Assembly: GCA_013239625.1 (NCBI GenBank)
Contig: MU054187.1
Span: 23,560,795 to 23,624,794, forward strand
DNA: 64,000 nucleotides
Direction: 5' to 3'
From: Lama guanicoe
Taxonomy: Eukaryota
Part shown: positions 40,800 through 53,859 of the stretch, piece after piece
Numbering within the stretch: the stretch's first letter is position 1
Layout of the letters: each line of letters opens with the position of its first letter
Made by a program: the position numbers and the translations under genes
The notes under the pieces: generated by a model
Database searches by the model: none
Seen by the model: only the letters and a program-made list of their open reading frames with translations
Told to the model about the DNA's origin: nothing

Positions 40800-41221
40800 G
40801 TGTTACAATTATTTATACTACAATTTTTCATTGTAAGCTGCTACAAGATATTGAATATATCTCCCTGTGCTATACAGTATAAACTTGTTTATCTATTTTG
40901 TATATGCCAGTCAGTATCTGCAAATTTTAAGCCCCCAGTTTATGCCTTTCCACCCCTCCTCCTCACTGGCAACCACAAGTCTCTATTCTATGTCTGTGAG
41001 TCTATTTCTGTTTTATATATAATTCATCTGTCTTTTTTTTTTTTTAGATTCCACATATGAGTGGTATCATCTGGTATTTTTCTTTCTGTTTCTGGCTTAC
41101 TTCTCTTAGAATGTCATTCTCCAGGGCCATCCATGTTGCTGCAAATGGCATTATTTTATCATTTTTATGGCTGAGTAGTATTCCATTGTATAAATATACC
41201 ACAACTTCTTTACCCAATCAA
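40800..41221 (-). mobile_element. Young L1 3' end fragment
   Basis: Closely homologous to 14550-14950. Confidence 0.9.
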
Positions 41222-42104
41222 CAAGATAATACTTTTAAAACACTGGCTCAAAATCTGACATAGGTATCAGTGTTAGTTTTTCATTTTTCCTTCTGAGAAC
41301 ATGTCCCTAATTGCATTTGTTTTTCCTATACAAATTGCTAATTTTGCTTCATTTTACAGATCCATGCATTAGTTCTCCTAAAGGATCAAGTGTTACTTAT
41401 ACACATCAACTGAGTCTGCATTCCTTCAACCTTCAATGACTTCTCTATGGTAACATGGCAGGTAAGCTACATCTTTGCCATCTTATACTTCCTGGCAATA
41501 TGAACATAGACATAACAAGATTAACACAATTAAAGGGCTGTGCTTTTGAGGGCAATAATGAGGCAGAGAGAGGCAAATGAGAAGTAGGACAGAGAGAGTG
41601 AGAGGGAGCACAAACACAGAAGAGAAGGATGAAAAACCAACACTTAAGGAACATCAAAGGAAAGATGCCAACAAGAGAGGCAATGGAGATCCTAGAAAGT
41701 AGCAGAAGGTGTCCTGGAAGTTGAGGGAGAATTATTCCAGGTCATATCCTTTGAGACTGATAAAACTTAGGGGGGAAATAGCATTATAAATTATTGGCAG
41801 AGAACAACAGGCTTTCTTCCACCCCGCTCATGGGAATGCAAATATACACAATATGTTGGGAAACAATTTGGAATATATTAAAGTAGACATAGATATCCTA
41901 TGACTCTGTAGATTTATTTGTGGGTATAGCCCTTCAAGAAATTATTGTGCATGTGTTCCTGGAAAATTGTGCACACGTGTTTATAACACTATTTTTCCAG
42001 TAGGAAAAAAAATACAAAAATTCTACCTAGAGAATGGAATTGGCAAGTAAATTGTCAATGGAATACTGTGTAACAGTGTGGAAAAGAGACTGACCTTTTC
42101 TTGG

Positions 42105-42400
42105 TGTCTGATTGCTTCTGGTCAATATTCCAGGTCTCCGCTCAAATGGCACCTCCTCACAGAGAAGCCTTTCCAAACCATCCTAAATAAATATATCTTT
42201 CCTATTATTTTATATTTGCATAGCCTATTTGATTCCTCTGAAGTGACTTCCAAAATAGGAATTTAATTTACTTAAGGTGCTTGTCTTTCTCCTTCTGGAC
42301 TGTAGGCTTCATGAGGGCAGGGACTATGAGAGTCCTATTAACCTGCTAATAAAACATTTCCTGGCATGGAGTAGGTACTCAATATATATTGAATGAGCGA
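42105..42400 (+). mobile_element. L2 3' end
   Basis: ctcaaatggcacctcctcacagagaagcctttcc...gactgtaggcttcatgagggcagggac...gtaggtactcaata. Confidence 0.8.
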
Positions 42401-43719
42401 CTATAACAGAATATTATATACTCAAAAGGAAGAATCAAATGGACCTATATGAACAGATAGGAAGAGGTGAATGCAAACTATTAGTAAGTGAAAATAAACA
42501 CATACATATACCTGTATGTTATGCTTGCATGTGCATATAAAATTTCCACATTTGCACAAAAAATCATCAAACATGTTTACCTCTTATGAATGGAATTGGT
42601 GTGTAAAGAGTAGAAGCAGAAAACACCTCTTCTGTACTGTTTAATTTTTCTATGACCATGATTTTAAAATACCTAGTAAATATGTGAAAATTCAGGGGTA
42701 AGCCCTGGTTAAAAGCAGTTCTTTTGTGTATAGCACATGATATCCCACATAATTTTCAAAGATTGCTTAAAACAATATACTTCAAATGAATTTTAGAGGT
42801 GGTACTTGTGCTGATTAAACATAACGAGTTCTGTATTTCTGTAGCAATATCATTAGAGCACTAACCCAGTTAACATTATGTTAAGATTTTCAGCACCGGT
42901 TCATCACTCATTTGTGTTAAATTTAAAATCTTACTTTGACTTGATAAATACTGCAAATTAAAATCTAAAGTGGGTCAACTCAGCAATCCAGAATTGTTTG
43001 AGAATGAAGAAAACTTCACTGTGAAACTGAATTACATTTTTACATTTGTATTCATTTAAAAAATCTTCCATGGCATTCAATATTTAATGTCACTCACAGA
43101 AATATATTGAATAGGAATAAAATAGAAAACATTGACATTTAGCAGTAAAAGTGTGGATAATAAGATAATGCTGGTGGCAGAATTCACATAGATTATATAT
43201 ACTCTAATATCTTGCATAGGTGCCATATACCTGGCTCATCTGAATTTCCTAAAATTCAGAGCAAAGACAGAAAAATGTTCAATTGTAAGATCAATTTTGA
43301 CAGTTGCAGGATTGCTTTAGAAGGAACATACTTTTTTTTTCCTAGTCCTAATCCCAAGTACTGTTTTTCTCCTGAGATTTGTGACCCGATGACCCAGAGG
43401 ATTTGTAGCCTTGCAATTCTGGACCAAAGACATGCCATTCAGAAAAAAAGAAGTCATCACTTCAAAAAATTAATATCAACAATATTTATCAAGTTGGAAA
43501 ATAAATCAGATTGTTCTTTCTCTTTCTATTTGCTGATGCTTCCTTGCCACTAACCACCCCACCCACGAAAACCTGCCCATTTCAATTTCACTGCACTTAG
43601 AGAATTCATCTTTCCAGGGGAAACAAGTTGCTGAAGCTCTCTGATTCTACAGGTGCCTGGCACATTGTGGCTTTCCCATATATGAAGGATGCTCACCAAG
43701 AACAGCAACAACATGAACA

Positions 43720-44235
43720 ATCCTGATGTCTTAAGCCAACACCTAGATGCTGCTGCCTCCTCTGTCTGTAACTTCAGATGAGGTCTCCCTCCAGAGCTCC
43801 AGAAACGTGTATCACATTTCCTCCCAAACATCTGCATTTAGATGTTTCCATAGCACATCAGTCACCGTGTTTAAAACTGAACCTTTCATCACTGCTCATC
43901 CGGCTCCCAGTGCGGGGAAAACATTGTCCAGCTTTATGTTGTTTATATAGGTAAATGATCCATCTGATCAACCAAGCTCCCAAACTGGAAGTTACCTCAA
44001 TACATTCTTTTTTCCGTATCTCTTTCAAGCAATCAATCAGTCTACACATCTGACTGACTGCACAGTGAATACATCTCAGACCCATTTTCATCATTCCATC
44101 CTTAGCCTTAGATTAGGACCTCAAACTTTTAAAACTGAATAATGGCCATTATCCCTTAACGTGACTCCCTGACTTGTAATTGATTCAATCCCCTTATCTA
44201 CTGCTAGTGTGATAGTCTTTAGTCAGAAATCTCCC
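43720..44235 (+). mobile_element. L2 remnant
   Basis: ccctccagagctccaga...tttagatgtttcca...aaaactgaac...caagctcccaaactggaagtta. Confidence 0.7.
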
Positions 44236-44437
44236 AAACACTTGAAGAAGAGAGCACAGAATAAGTGGGCAGAATTCATTTGGACTCATTCAATGAATGA
44301 ACTATCATTCTAATGCTGGAATCTGAAGAGAAACACACAGATAATAAATTACAGACAGTCTCATGACTGAACAGATAGGAAACATTAAAAGTAAGTAATG
44401 GCAACTGATTCTAAAATCGTTTCTTAAAAATGCTACA

Positions 44438-44898
44438 TGGTTTGGTTTCCATTTGCCTTTCCATGGTTGTTTTTCTATCCCGTTCTGCCATATGTCCTGG
44501 GAGGCTGACCTCTGTGGACCCCACCACGGGATCTCCCTTGCCAGGTGATTTCCAGTTGGATTGTGCTAATAGGGAACTCTGACAGTGGAGCACAGAAGAC
44601 TGATGAAAGGGGAAGCTGAGATATCCATGCCCCCTCCCCTACCCGCGCTGTGTTTCTTTATGGCCACACATCTGTTGGACAGTTATGTTTTCATGACTCC
44701 AGATCTCACCAGGTCCTGAAAACTGAAATGCTTCCCTTTACCCAACTTCCTGCTGTTGCTAATCTTAGGGTCCCTCACTATCCCCTGTAGATTCCCTTAA
44801 CCCTCCCTGTATCTCAGAAAAGAGTCCGCTTATGAAATTCTTTTGGGTTAAGCACTTTGGAGTGTGCCACTTTTTTCCTGTCAGGATCCTGACTGACA
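44438..44898. mobile_element. ERVL solo LTR (LTR33-like)
   Basis: Motifs cctgggaggctgacctctgtggac and terminal tttcctgtcaggatcctgactgaca recall LTR33. Confidence 0.75.
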
Positions 44899-45339
44899 TG
44901 TATGACTAATGCATATACCAAGTTGAGTATATTCCGTGAATAGAAAAAAAGCAGCAGTGTAAAATCATCTATACATCCCTTCTTGACTGCTTTTAAAGAA
45001 ATAGTACATAATGCTTATGCATGTTCAGAAGCATTTGTTATATCACACACATCTGTCCTTCCTGAAAACCAGTTTCATCAAATAATGAGTACTTACTTAA
45101 TCACAAAAGACCATACATAACCTAGAGCAAAGCTCTTCAAAGTGTGGTCCACAGACCGGTACACATCTGAAGTCATGACAGTTTCTGACTGGTCTGTGAC
45201 AAGGTGAAGTACAGAAGAAAAGAGTAAACTTCTATAAACTACTTTTGCACTTTGACATTACACAATATTTTTATACATTTCATAAAAATATTAATCCATT
45301 ATGGATTAAAAATTGAAAACCTGATTCACCACCACAGGT

Positions 45340-47500
45340 AGTTTTTTTTTAATTTTTAAATAATCATAGATTGTAAAACATTTCAGACAATACAGAACTT
45401 TAAATTTTTATGAAACATTGAGAATAAGTTGCCAATGACATGATGCTCCATTAGCCTGAATACTGTATTTATTATAAACACGAACACTTTCCTATGTAGC
45501 TAAATATAACCATCAATGTCAAGAGACTAGCATTGATATTTAATATGATAAATAACATATTACCATTTAATCATCAGACTCCATTCAAAGTTATTCCAGT
45601 TGCCTCAATGTTTTTGTTTTTATTGAAGTACAGTTGATTTACAATATTACGTTACATTCAAGTGTAGAGCATAGTGATTCATTGTTTTTATAGTTTATAC
45701 TCCATAGTTTATACTCCATTAAAGGTTATTACAAGATAATGGCTAAAATTTCTTGTAGTTTATTTTATACTTAGTACTTTGTATCTCTTATTCCCATACC
45801 CCTAATGGGCCCCACTCACCATCTCTCTCCCCACTGGAAACCACTAGTTTGTTTCTGCTTTGCTGTACGTATTTGTTTATATTATTTTTTAGATTCCACA
45901 TATAAGTGATATCATACAGTATTTGTCTTTGTCTGACTTATTTCACTAAACACAATATCCTTTAGGCCTTGGTTATTGTAAACAGTGCTGCTATTAACTC
46001 TGGGGTGCATGTATATTTTCAAGTTAGTGTTTTTATTTTTCTGGATGTACACTGAAGATCGGAATTGCTGGATCATATGATAATTCTGTTTTTAGTGTGT
46101 TTCCAACAATGTTTTTAATAGCAAAAGGATTCAGTTCAAAAGCATGGGCTGCCTGTTGATGTCACCCTGGTCTCCTTTCTTCACTTTCATGATCTTGATA
46201 TTTTGGGAGATTACCAGCCAGTTATTTTGGAAAATATCCATTAACTTTGGTTTGCCTAATACTGTCTCATAATTAGAGTTGGCTATACATCTTTGGCAGG
46301 AATACGTCAAAGTGATGCTGTGTGCGTCCTTCAGGTGGTACATTACTTAAATTTGTCCCATTCACGATGATGTTTATTTGGATAACTTGATTAGGTCACG
46401 TCTGTGAGGTTTCTGCTATATAGTGTTGGGGATGTTCTGGAACTATGTGAATACCCAGTTCCTCATGAAATTTCAAATTGTTTACTTATGAATTTATATC
46501 TGTAGGGCTTTGTGATTTACGTAATTCAATGGATAATAATCTGTTATATCATCACTCACTTTGATGTTGGACTAATAGGAGGGCCTTCAAGATCTTATTT
46601 GTGTCCTTTGACATGTTCCCACAATTCGTGAAGTGCTTTCCCTCACTCTAGCAAAATAAGATGCTCAGCGGTCACCTTATCCTTTCCCAGCATCAGCCCT
46701 GGAGTCAGTCGTTTATCTAAGGAACTGCAGTTGCTTTTAGTAGGGAATGGTATTTAGAAGGCAGTATCTGAGATTTGTCAGTGATCTCAGCTCTGTCGAT
46801 GTATAAAGCCAGGAATACGCATGTTTGTGCACACGTGTATGTGTGCATGTCCATTCACATACACACATACATTTACATTCATATTTATGTCTATGTTTCT
46901 GTCACATACATATATTTAAATCAGTGTGCCTCTCCCTATACAGCTACATATATATTTAAAAACATTCCTTAACTCAATTATCAGTAACATTAATCCACCA
47001 CAGCGTTTGTTTTTCTTTCTGCCTTTGTAGCATCCTTCACTGCCAACATGAAAACTAGATTCCATTACCTTTAACATATTCAGTTGTCTGATCAATCCCT
47101 CTCCATATAACCAATCTCCTATCTGTAACAGCACCATGATCACACCTAAAACATTCACTATAATATGGTGATATTTTCAAATATCTGGTCAGTTTCCATA
47201 TTTCTTCAATTATTTTGCAATTTATTTTTATAGTTTGCTTTTACCAGAATCTAGATAGGTTCTGTATACTGTGATTACTAACTCTTTTAGGTTATTTTAG
47301 TTTATCAGTTCCCTAAGTTCATCTTTCTTTTTATTTTCTTCCAATTTTGGGGGGCAAAGAAACACATTATTCTGTAGAGACTTTCTCAATCTGTGTGCCT
47401 AGATTTCCACGGATTGCACGTTAATGATGTCATTTATCACAGTCACTAGTCATTCCCTGTGTATCCTGTAAGCTGCTGGTTAGAGCTGCACATCAGACTG
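45340..47500 (-). mobile_element. Old L1 (L1MC4/5-like) 3' region interrupted by a younger L1
   Basis: Degenerate antisense L1MC-type 3'UTR sequence on both sides of 45616-46106. Confidence 0.6.
45616..46106 (-). mobile_element. L1 3' end with short TSD
   Basis: Begins with tttattgaagtacagttgatttacaat, typical of an L1 3' end. caatgttttt is repeated at 45606-45615 and 46107-46116. Confidence 0.85.
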
Positions 47501-49489
47501 TACACGTGTATAATATTTTTTCAGCCAGAATCAGCAACTGGTAACAATTGCTTAGGCATATTTATTTGTTAGAAGGTGCAAGATCTTTACTTCCTAGAGG
47601 CATAATTATCTAGATTGTGAGAATCAAAGAAAAGTGGTATCAGCAAAGGGAAGAAAATCATTTCAGTGAGATCAATACGAGGTGGATGCTATGCACCAAT
47701 TTGCTTTGAGTGCTCTGTCATATCGAAATTACATATAATAACAAAACATTAACATTTTACATATGAACAAAGGGCACATTTAAGGTATCTGGAAGATTGA
47801 GTTACAACGCATTTACATTGCACCTTCCTGAAACTCTGCTAAATTAGAAAACAAATAACCCTACAAAGGATTGTCTAAATGTTGTGTAAGGGTCAGTCAG
47901 ATTCTCAAGAACCCAGCCTGGGTCATCTGTGCACTCAGGTGACTATCTTGCAACCAGATGAGAACTAGTTTTGGGGGACTTTTAACCAAAACACCTCAGA
48001 ACTGAGGGAGGGGAGCCACGGCAGAAGCTGGAGGTGAAGCACAGGGATTAGGGACTGGAAGGACTCCTGGGGGGCGGGTTGCCTGGTTGACAGGCTGCTC
48101 ACTAAATGGTGAGACTTCCTGTCCTTCCCCCACCTGGGCCCTAGCTTAGCAGGCAGGTTTATTTTTCTCAAGCAGAAACAATTCTTTAGAGAAATAAAAT
48201 GCCAAAAGAAAACTCTCTGCTATACATAGATTTGGGGGGGTAATTTTTCCCCACCAATAATTACCTTTCTCTAATATGCATGTTCTTTGCAAGTGAGAAG
48301 GTTTTTACTTAGGCAGTTTATAAAAATGACCAAGTCTGGCATTTGTACAAATGCTTAGAAATAACTTTTTATAACTTTACCTCAAACTACTATTTTCTGC
48401 CTTATTTTGTCTTTGTTTTGCGGATGAGATGAATGAATTAGCCATGCAAAACTATTGGAAACAACTATTTTCACCTGAAAATAAATCTGCTATTGTGCTT
48501 GAACTGAAGAATTTAGCATGCAATTTCTCAAATTACAGAACGCTATTTTCATGACATGTTAATGGCAATCCATGAAAAAAATAATTCCATAGACAAATTT
48601 ATATAGTAAAAGTTGAATTAAACCAAGCTAAACAGGTTTCTTTCTGATGGGTATCAGAGAGCTAACATGAGCTGAAAATGAATAGGAGAAGATTAGAGCA
48701 GACCGCATTCCCCAACCTTATTTGACCACATAGCCTTTAATTTATGTATTTTTTTTCCAGAATACCCATTAACATCTCTGAACACAATCTGAGAGAGTCT
48801 CTGGCCTAAAAGATTAGATTAACCTCTGATCTCTGCTACGTTTCCTGAATAAGGTGTTAAATAAATCCTAACACTTCAAGTCATTTATGAACAAGCATCA
48901 CCTGTTTAAATATTTCAAATACTAACTTTCATTTTACATTGATTTGAGGCATAAAGGATCTCTTTCAAATCAAAAATACATTCTGAAACCACACAATTTA
49001 ACTAGCTTTAATGTGAAACATCCATAAGATATTTTTGTTTTAAAATGGATAAAAATGCACTGAGAGAAAACAGAATAGCTCACACTAAAATTATTTAGTT
49101 CAAATTAAAACTTCACACTTCATATGAAGTGTTTCCACGGCACAGTAAAAATGTGTACAAATTGTTGCTAGTCCATTTTTTTGCTGTTAAAATTCATCCC
49201 ACTTATCATTTTATCCAAATTAAGTAGAAGTTATTACCATGTTTATTAGACTTTGGCAGTTATTTATAATCCTTAGAGATACTTCTTTATAATTACTAAA
49301 AATATTTTTGTTTTATTTGTAATAAACTTTCTCTAAGTAGAAAGGGATACATGAATTCACACAAATACATTGAAACAAATTTACTGGAGAAAAAATATAA
49401 TTAAGAAAATTAATCCTGCCTATCCAATTATAGCTATGATGATCACTTCAGTGTATTGGCTTTGAATGTTTTCATCTTTGAGTATGTGT

Positions 49490-49708
49490 TCACACATGCA
49501 CACAACCATAAATACAGACACATAATCCATAAATCCATACACACACCCCAAACACACAAATACATCTCCATATGCCCACAATCACCAAACTCACAAAAAT
49601 ACCACTAACATACATACTAAACCTAATACTCTCTACCACATACTCCCACATCCCTGATACACAAAAAAACCCTACCCCTCCAAACACATACAAACATGCA
49701 CACATACT
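49490..49708. repeat. Degenerate CA-rich low-complexity tract
   Basis: About 220 bp that is almost G-free on the plus strand, with decayed (CA)n. Confidence 0.85.
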
Positions 49709-49759
49709 TAAACATTGGGCTCTGCTGAATACAGAATTGTTTTTAGCCTTCCAATCTAT

Positions 49760-50340
49760 CTCATAAACATTTTTCTATGTCATTAATGCTTTAAAACATG
49801 AAGTGTAACTGATGCATTGGATTATGTATACATTTGCTATCAATTAAATCACCCCTACTTTCCTACTGCTGGAAATTGAGGTTGTTTCAAATTAGTCATT
49901 ATTATGAATAATACTTTTTAAAAAGCTTCTTCGGTAATTCTGATTTTCCTCATGTGAAAATTCCTGGAAGTGTCAAAGTATAGTCAACACGCATAAACAT
50001 TTTAAAGCTTCATACTGTCAATATTGCCCTGTTTCTTCATAACCCATGTCTGATACCACCCACCCACTCTGGTGATAACACTCTGAATTATAATTGTTTT
50101 TGTCAGTTTCATACGAAAAAATGATATCTTATTCTTTCCATTTATATTTATTAGATTATTAGAAAGATTGGGCTCGTGTGTGTGTGTTTGTGAATTGCAG
50201 ATCCATACTCTGTCCATTTTTCTATTCATGTGTCTCCCACTTTCTTGTATAATTTTATGTTGAAGCTTGAAAACTTTTTTATGAAAATTAAAAATATTTC
50301 TCTAGTTAGATATCTGCCTTTCAATTGTGTTCATGGCAAC
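49760..50340 (-). mobile_element. Ancient L1ME-like remnant
   Basis: Degenerate antisense L1 ORF2 tail. Confidence 0.55.
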
Positions 50341-51240
50341 TCACAAATAGAAGCTTTAAAAAACCCAGTCCCTGTATATAAAACATGCAGGGGAAATTTG
50401 TTTCCTGAAACATATTAAAGCAAGAGACACTCAAGGGACGACTACTTTTTTTTCTCAGAAATAAGTAGACAAAAACACTCAAGAATGGTAAAATAGAGAT
50501 TCAATACGCAGTTTGCCTTGCTCTGTTTCCATTTCTTCCTACTTATACACAGATATAACCTAGAGATAATAAACAAATTAGTCAACTATATTTTATAAGG
50601 AAAACTTGCTATAAAATCGATGGACAAGAAGACTAAAATGAATCATTTGGAGCAGTCAGATCACAATTTATCTTACAAAGGCAGTTAAGACATCTCTGCT
50701 TTCAGACAACTGTTAACTGTTGAGGGAAAAATAAAACCATTTAAATTCTTACAATACACATATCACATAATTAGTCTCAAGAGATTTTAAAGCAGAAAAT
50801 TACACTTTTGCAAAGCAGCGGTAAATGCTTCTTTAGGAACTCATCAGGGAGAGAATTTCTATGATTAAAAAGTATGGAAAGTTACCACAGAAATGATATC
50901 TTTCTAACATCAAATTTACAACTACCAAACCTAAAAAAGGGACAGAAAATTACAAACATAAAAACGTTTATAGAGCAAAAATAATCCTGTCATAAAAACT
51001 TGACAAAAATGTGTCAGTCTTAGCTGGGAATATTTCTTGATTCTACTCATTTGCCCCTTTCCTAAGGTCAGATGATGGAAATCTCTCCCTTGTTACATCT
51101 GAGCTTCCTAAGTGACCAACTCCTTTTTCAGTCTTGCTCCAACTCTGGTCTACTTTTCCCAGGCTCTGTGTTTGCTGTTTCTGATATATAAATATGATAG
51201 TGCTTCCTGCTCTTGCTCAAAGGAATTCAAAGACTCGAAA

Positions 51241-51300
51241 AAATATCTATAGAATAAATATCTATAGAATATCTATCTATAAAATCAGTATCTATAGAAT
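51241..51300. repeat. Short tandem repeat of ~4 tatctatagaat-type units
   Basis: aaatatctatagaat aaatatctatagaat atctatctataaaat cagtatctatagaat. Confidence 0.85.
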
Positions 51301-51379
51301 AAAACATGATTTCTGCTCCACAGTCCTCAATTGCCTTATAAGCAGACTTCATTTCTGAAATAATCACGCTAAGTTAACT

Positions 51380-52180
51380 TTGAAAATTCCCTAAAACATG
51401 TAGGAATTTAAAAGGTAATAAGGTAATTGCCATACTACTTAATGAAATGATATCAATCGACAAATGGTTAATACTTTTAACAGCAAGTGGAAAACCATAC
51501 AACTATATTTAGAAATTGGTAATCACTATGTATAGAAAAGTCCTAGCAGAAATACAAATGACTAATGAACATGAAAATATTCAAACATCATTAATCAGAG
51601 AAATGCAAATTGAAACAAAACACAGTTTTCCCTTATAAACTTAAAAATGATTAAGACAGTATCATCTTCAGTGCTAACAAGGGAGCACTGAATTAAGAAA
51701 TCTCATACTTGCTAATAGTATTAACTGGCAAACCATTCTGGAAACAATTTTGGGAAGAGGTTATAAGAGCTTTAATTTATGACCATACCCTTTAGGAAAT
51801 TATTATAAGAAAATGAGAGAACTAGAAAGATACATTTGTACAAAACTTTTCCTAAAGAATTATTTTAATAGACATGTCAAAATAAGCATAAGTGATTAAA
51901 ATGACTAAACACTGATACTTTTAAAATGGAATATTACACAACCATTAAAATACTTTTTATAAAATCTAATCACATGATAAAATGCTCATGTTAAATGTTA
52001 ATTTAAAAATATCAAGTAAAATGTGTATGGCACCAACTAAACATAAAAAACTAATGCCAAAGAAAGGACTGGAAGTATACTTATTAAAATATAATGTGTA
52101 CTTCCTCCTAAGTGACACATTATAAGTGATTTTCATTTACATATTTATAATGTTAAACAGAATAACTTCATTTCTGATAA
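51380..52180 (+). mobile_element. Ancient L1ME-like ORF2 tail and 3'UTR
   Basis: aatcagagaaatgcaaattgaaac and aatggaatattacacaaccattaaaa motifs. Confidence 0.65.
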
Positions 52181-52451
52181 TGTATCTTAATATCAAAGAT
52201 ATAGGTAAATTGGAGGTATACAAAGATGTTCTTTAGACCAATATGTATAAACATATATATATATATCTCCCCAAGGCATATATATATCCCCATGGATGTG
52301 GCCTGAAGTAGTCTGCATGTTCAATCAGAAGGTAACTACTATATAACTATGGAACATTTTTGCTAAGCTATTATGGAGTTAATGAAATTATTTTTAAAAG
52401 CAACATTTTAATAGCCTAAAAATTTTTATGAAAAGTACTACACAGAACTGA

Positions 52452-53575
52452 ACACTTCAGGACAGTGAGAAGACAAGCCACAGACTGGGAGAAAATATTT
52501 GAAAAGAACATATTTGAAACAGGACTTTGATCCAAAATATACAAAGAACTCTTAAAACAACAAAAAAAGAAAAACAACTCTATAAAAATATGGGCCAAAG
52601 AACTCAACAGATACCTCACCAGAGAAGATCCACAGATAGCAAATAAGCATATGAAAAAATGTTTCACCTTATATGTCTTTAGGAAAATGCAAATGAAAAC
52701 AGTGAGATATCACTACATGCCTATTGGTATGGTTACAATCTAGAACACTGACAACATCAAATGTTAATAAGGATGTGGAGTAACAGGAATTCTCATTCAT
52801 TGCTAGTGGGAATGCAAAATGTACAGCCACTTTGGAAAACATTTACCAGCTTCTTATAAAATCAAACACAGTCTTATCATATCATCCAGCAATCACACTC
52901 TTTGGTATTTGCCCAAAGGAGCTGAAAACTTAGGTCCAGACAAAAAACTGTAGATGTGTGTTTCTAGCACCTTTATTCATAACTGCTAAAATTTGGAAGC
53001 AACCGATATGCCCTTCAGTAAGTGAACTGATAAATATACTGTGGTACATCCAGACAATGAAATGTTACTCAGCATTAAAAAGAAATGATCTAGTAAGCCA
53101 AAAAAAGACATAGAGGAAATTTAAATGCATATTACTAAGTAAAAGAAGCAATTTGTAAAGGCTAAATACTGTATGATTCCAACTATATGACATTCTAGAA
53201 AAGACAGATCTACGGAGAAAGTAAAAAGAACAGTTGTTGCAAGGTCTGGGGGTGAAGAGGGAGAAGTTAGTGGATAACAGAGGATTTTTAAGGTGGTAAA
53301 AATATTCTGTAGAATGTTATAATGAGGGATACATGTCACTATATATTTGTCTAAACACACAGCATGTATAACACCAAGAGTGAACTCTAATGTAAGATAT
53401 GGACTTTGGGTAATTATGATGTAGATTCATTGAGTGCAATGAAGGTGCCACTCTGGTAGGGGATGTTGATAACAAGGAAACTAGGCATGTGCAGGGACAG
53501 GGAATATACAGAAAATCTCCGTAACTTCCCATCAAATTTGCTGTGAACCTAAAAATGCTCTTAAAGAATTGTTTA
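52452..53575 (+). mobile_element. L1MC1/MD-like ORF2 tail and 3'UTR
   Basis: agacaagccacagactgggagaaaatatttg...caagagtgaactctaatgtaa...tgctgtgaacctaaaaatgctcttaa. Paralogous to 13230-14320. Confidence 0.88.
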
Positions 53576-53859
53576 CAAAAATGAATACACAATAATATTA
53601 CAACACTGAAAAAACACAAAGGAAGAGGATAAATAATAGACTCATTAAAATAGAAGTGATAAGAATGAAATAATATGAGACAGTATTTTTTTTCCTGTAC
53701 ATTTTGTGTATGTTCTGAGTTTTCCACAATATGCATGTATAACTCTTCATATTTAAAAAAGGGGGAGATGATGGTCAAAGGATGCAAACTTTCAGTTGTA
53801 AGATGAATAAATCCTGGAACTCTAATATACAGCATGGTTTCAAATATAGTACAATATAG

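Noticed and set aside
49490..49766. Overlapping hydrophobic and Thr/His-rich ORFs
   Set aside because: These are artefacts of the CA-rich low-complexity tract.
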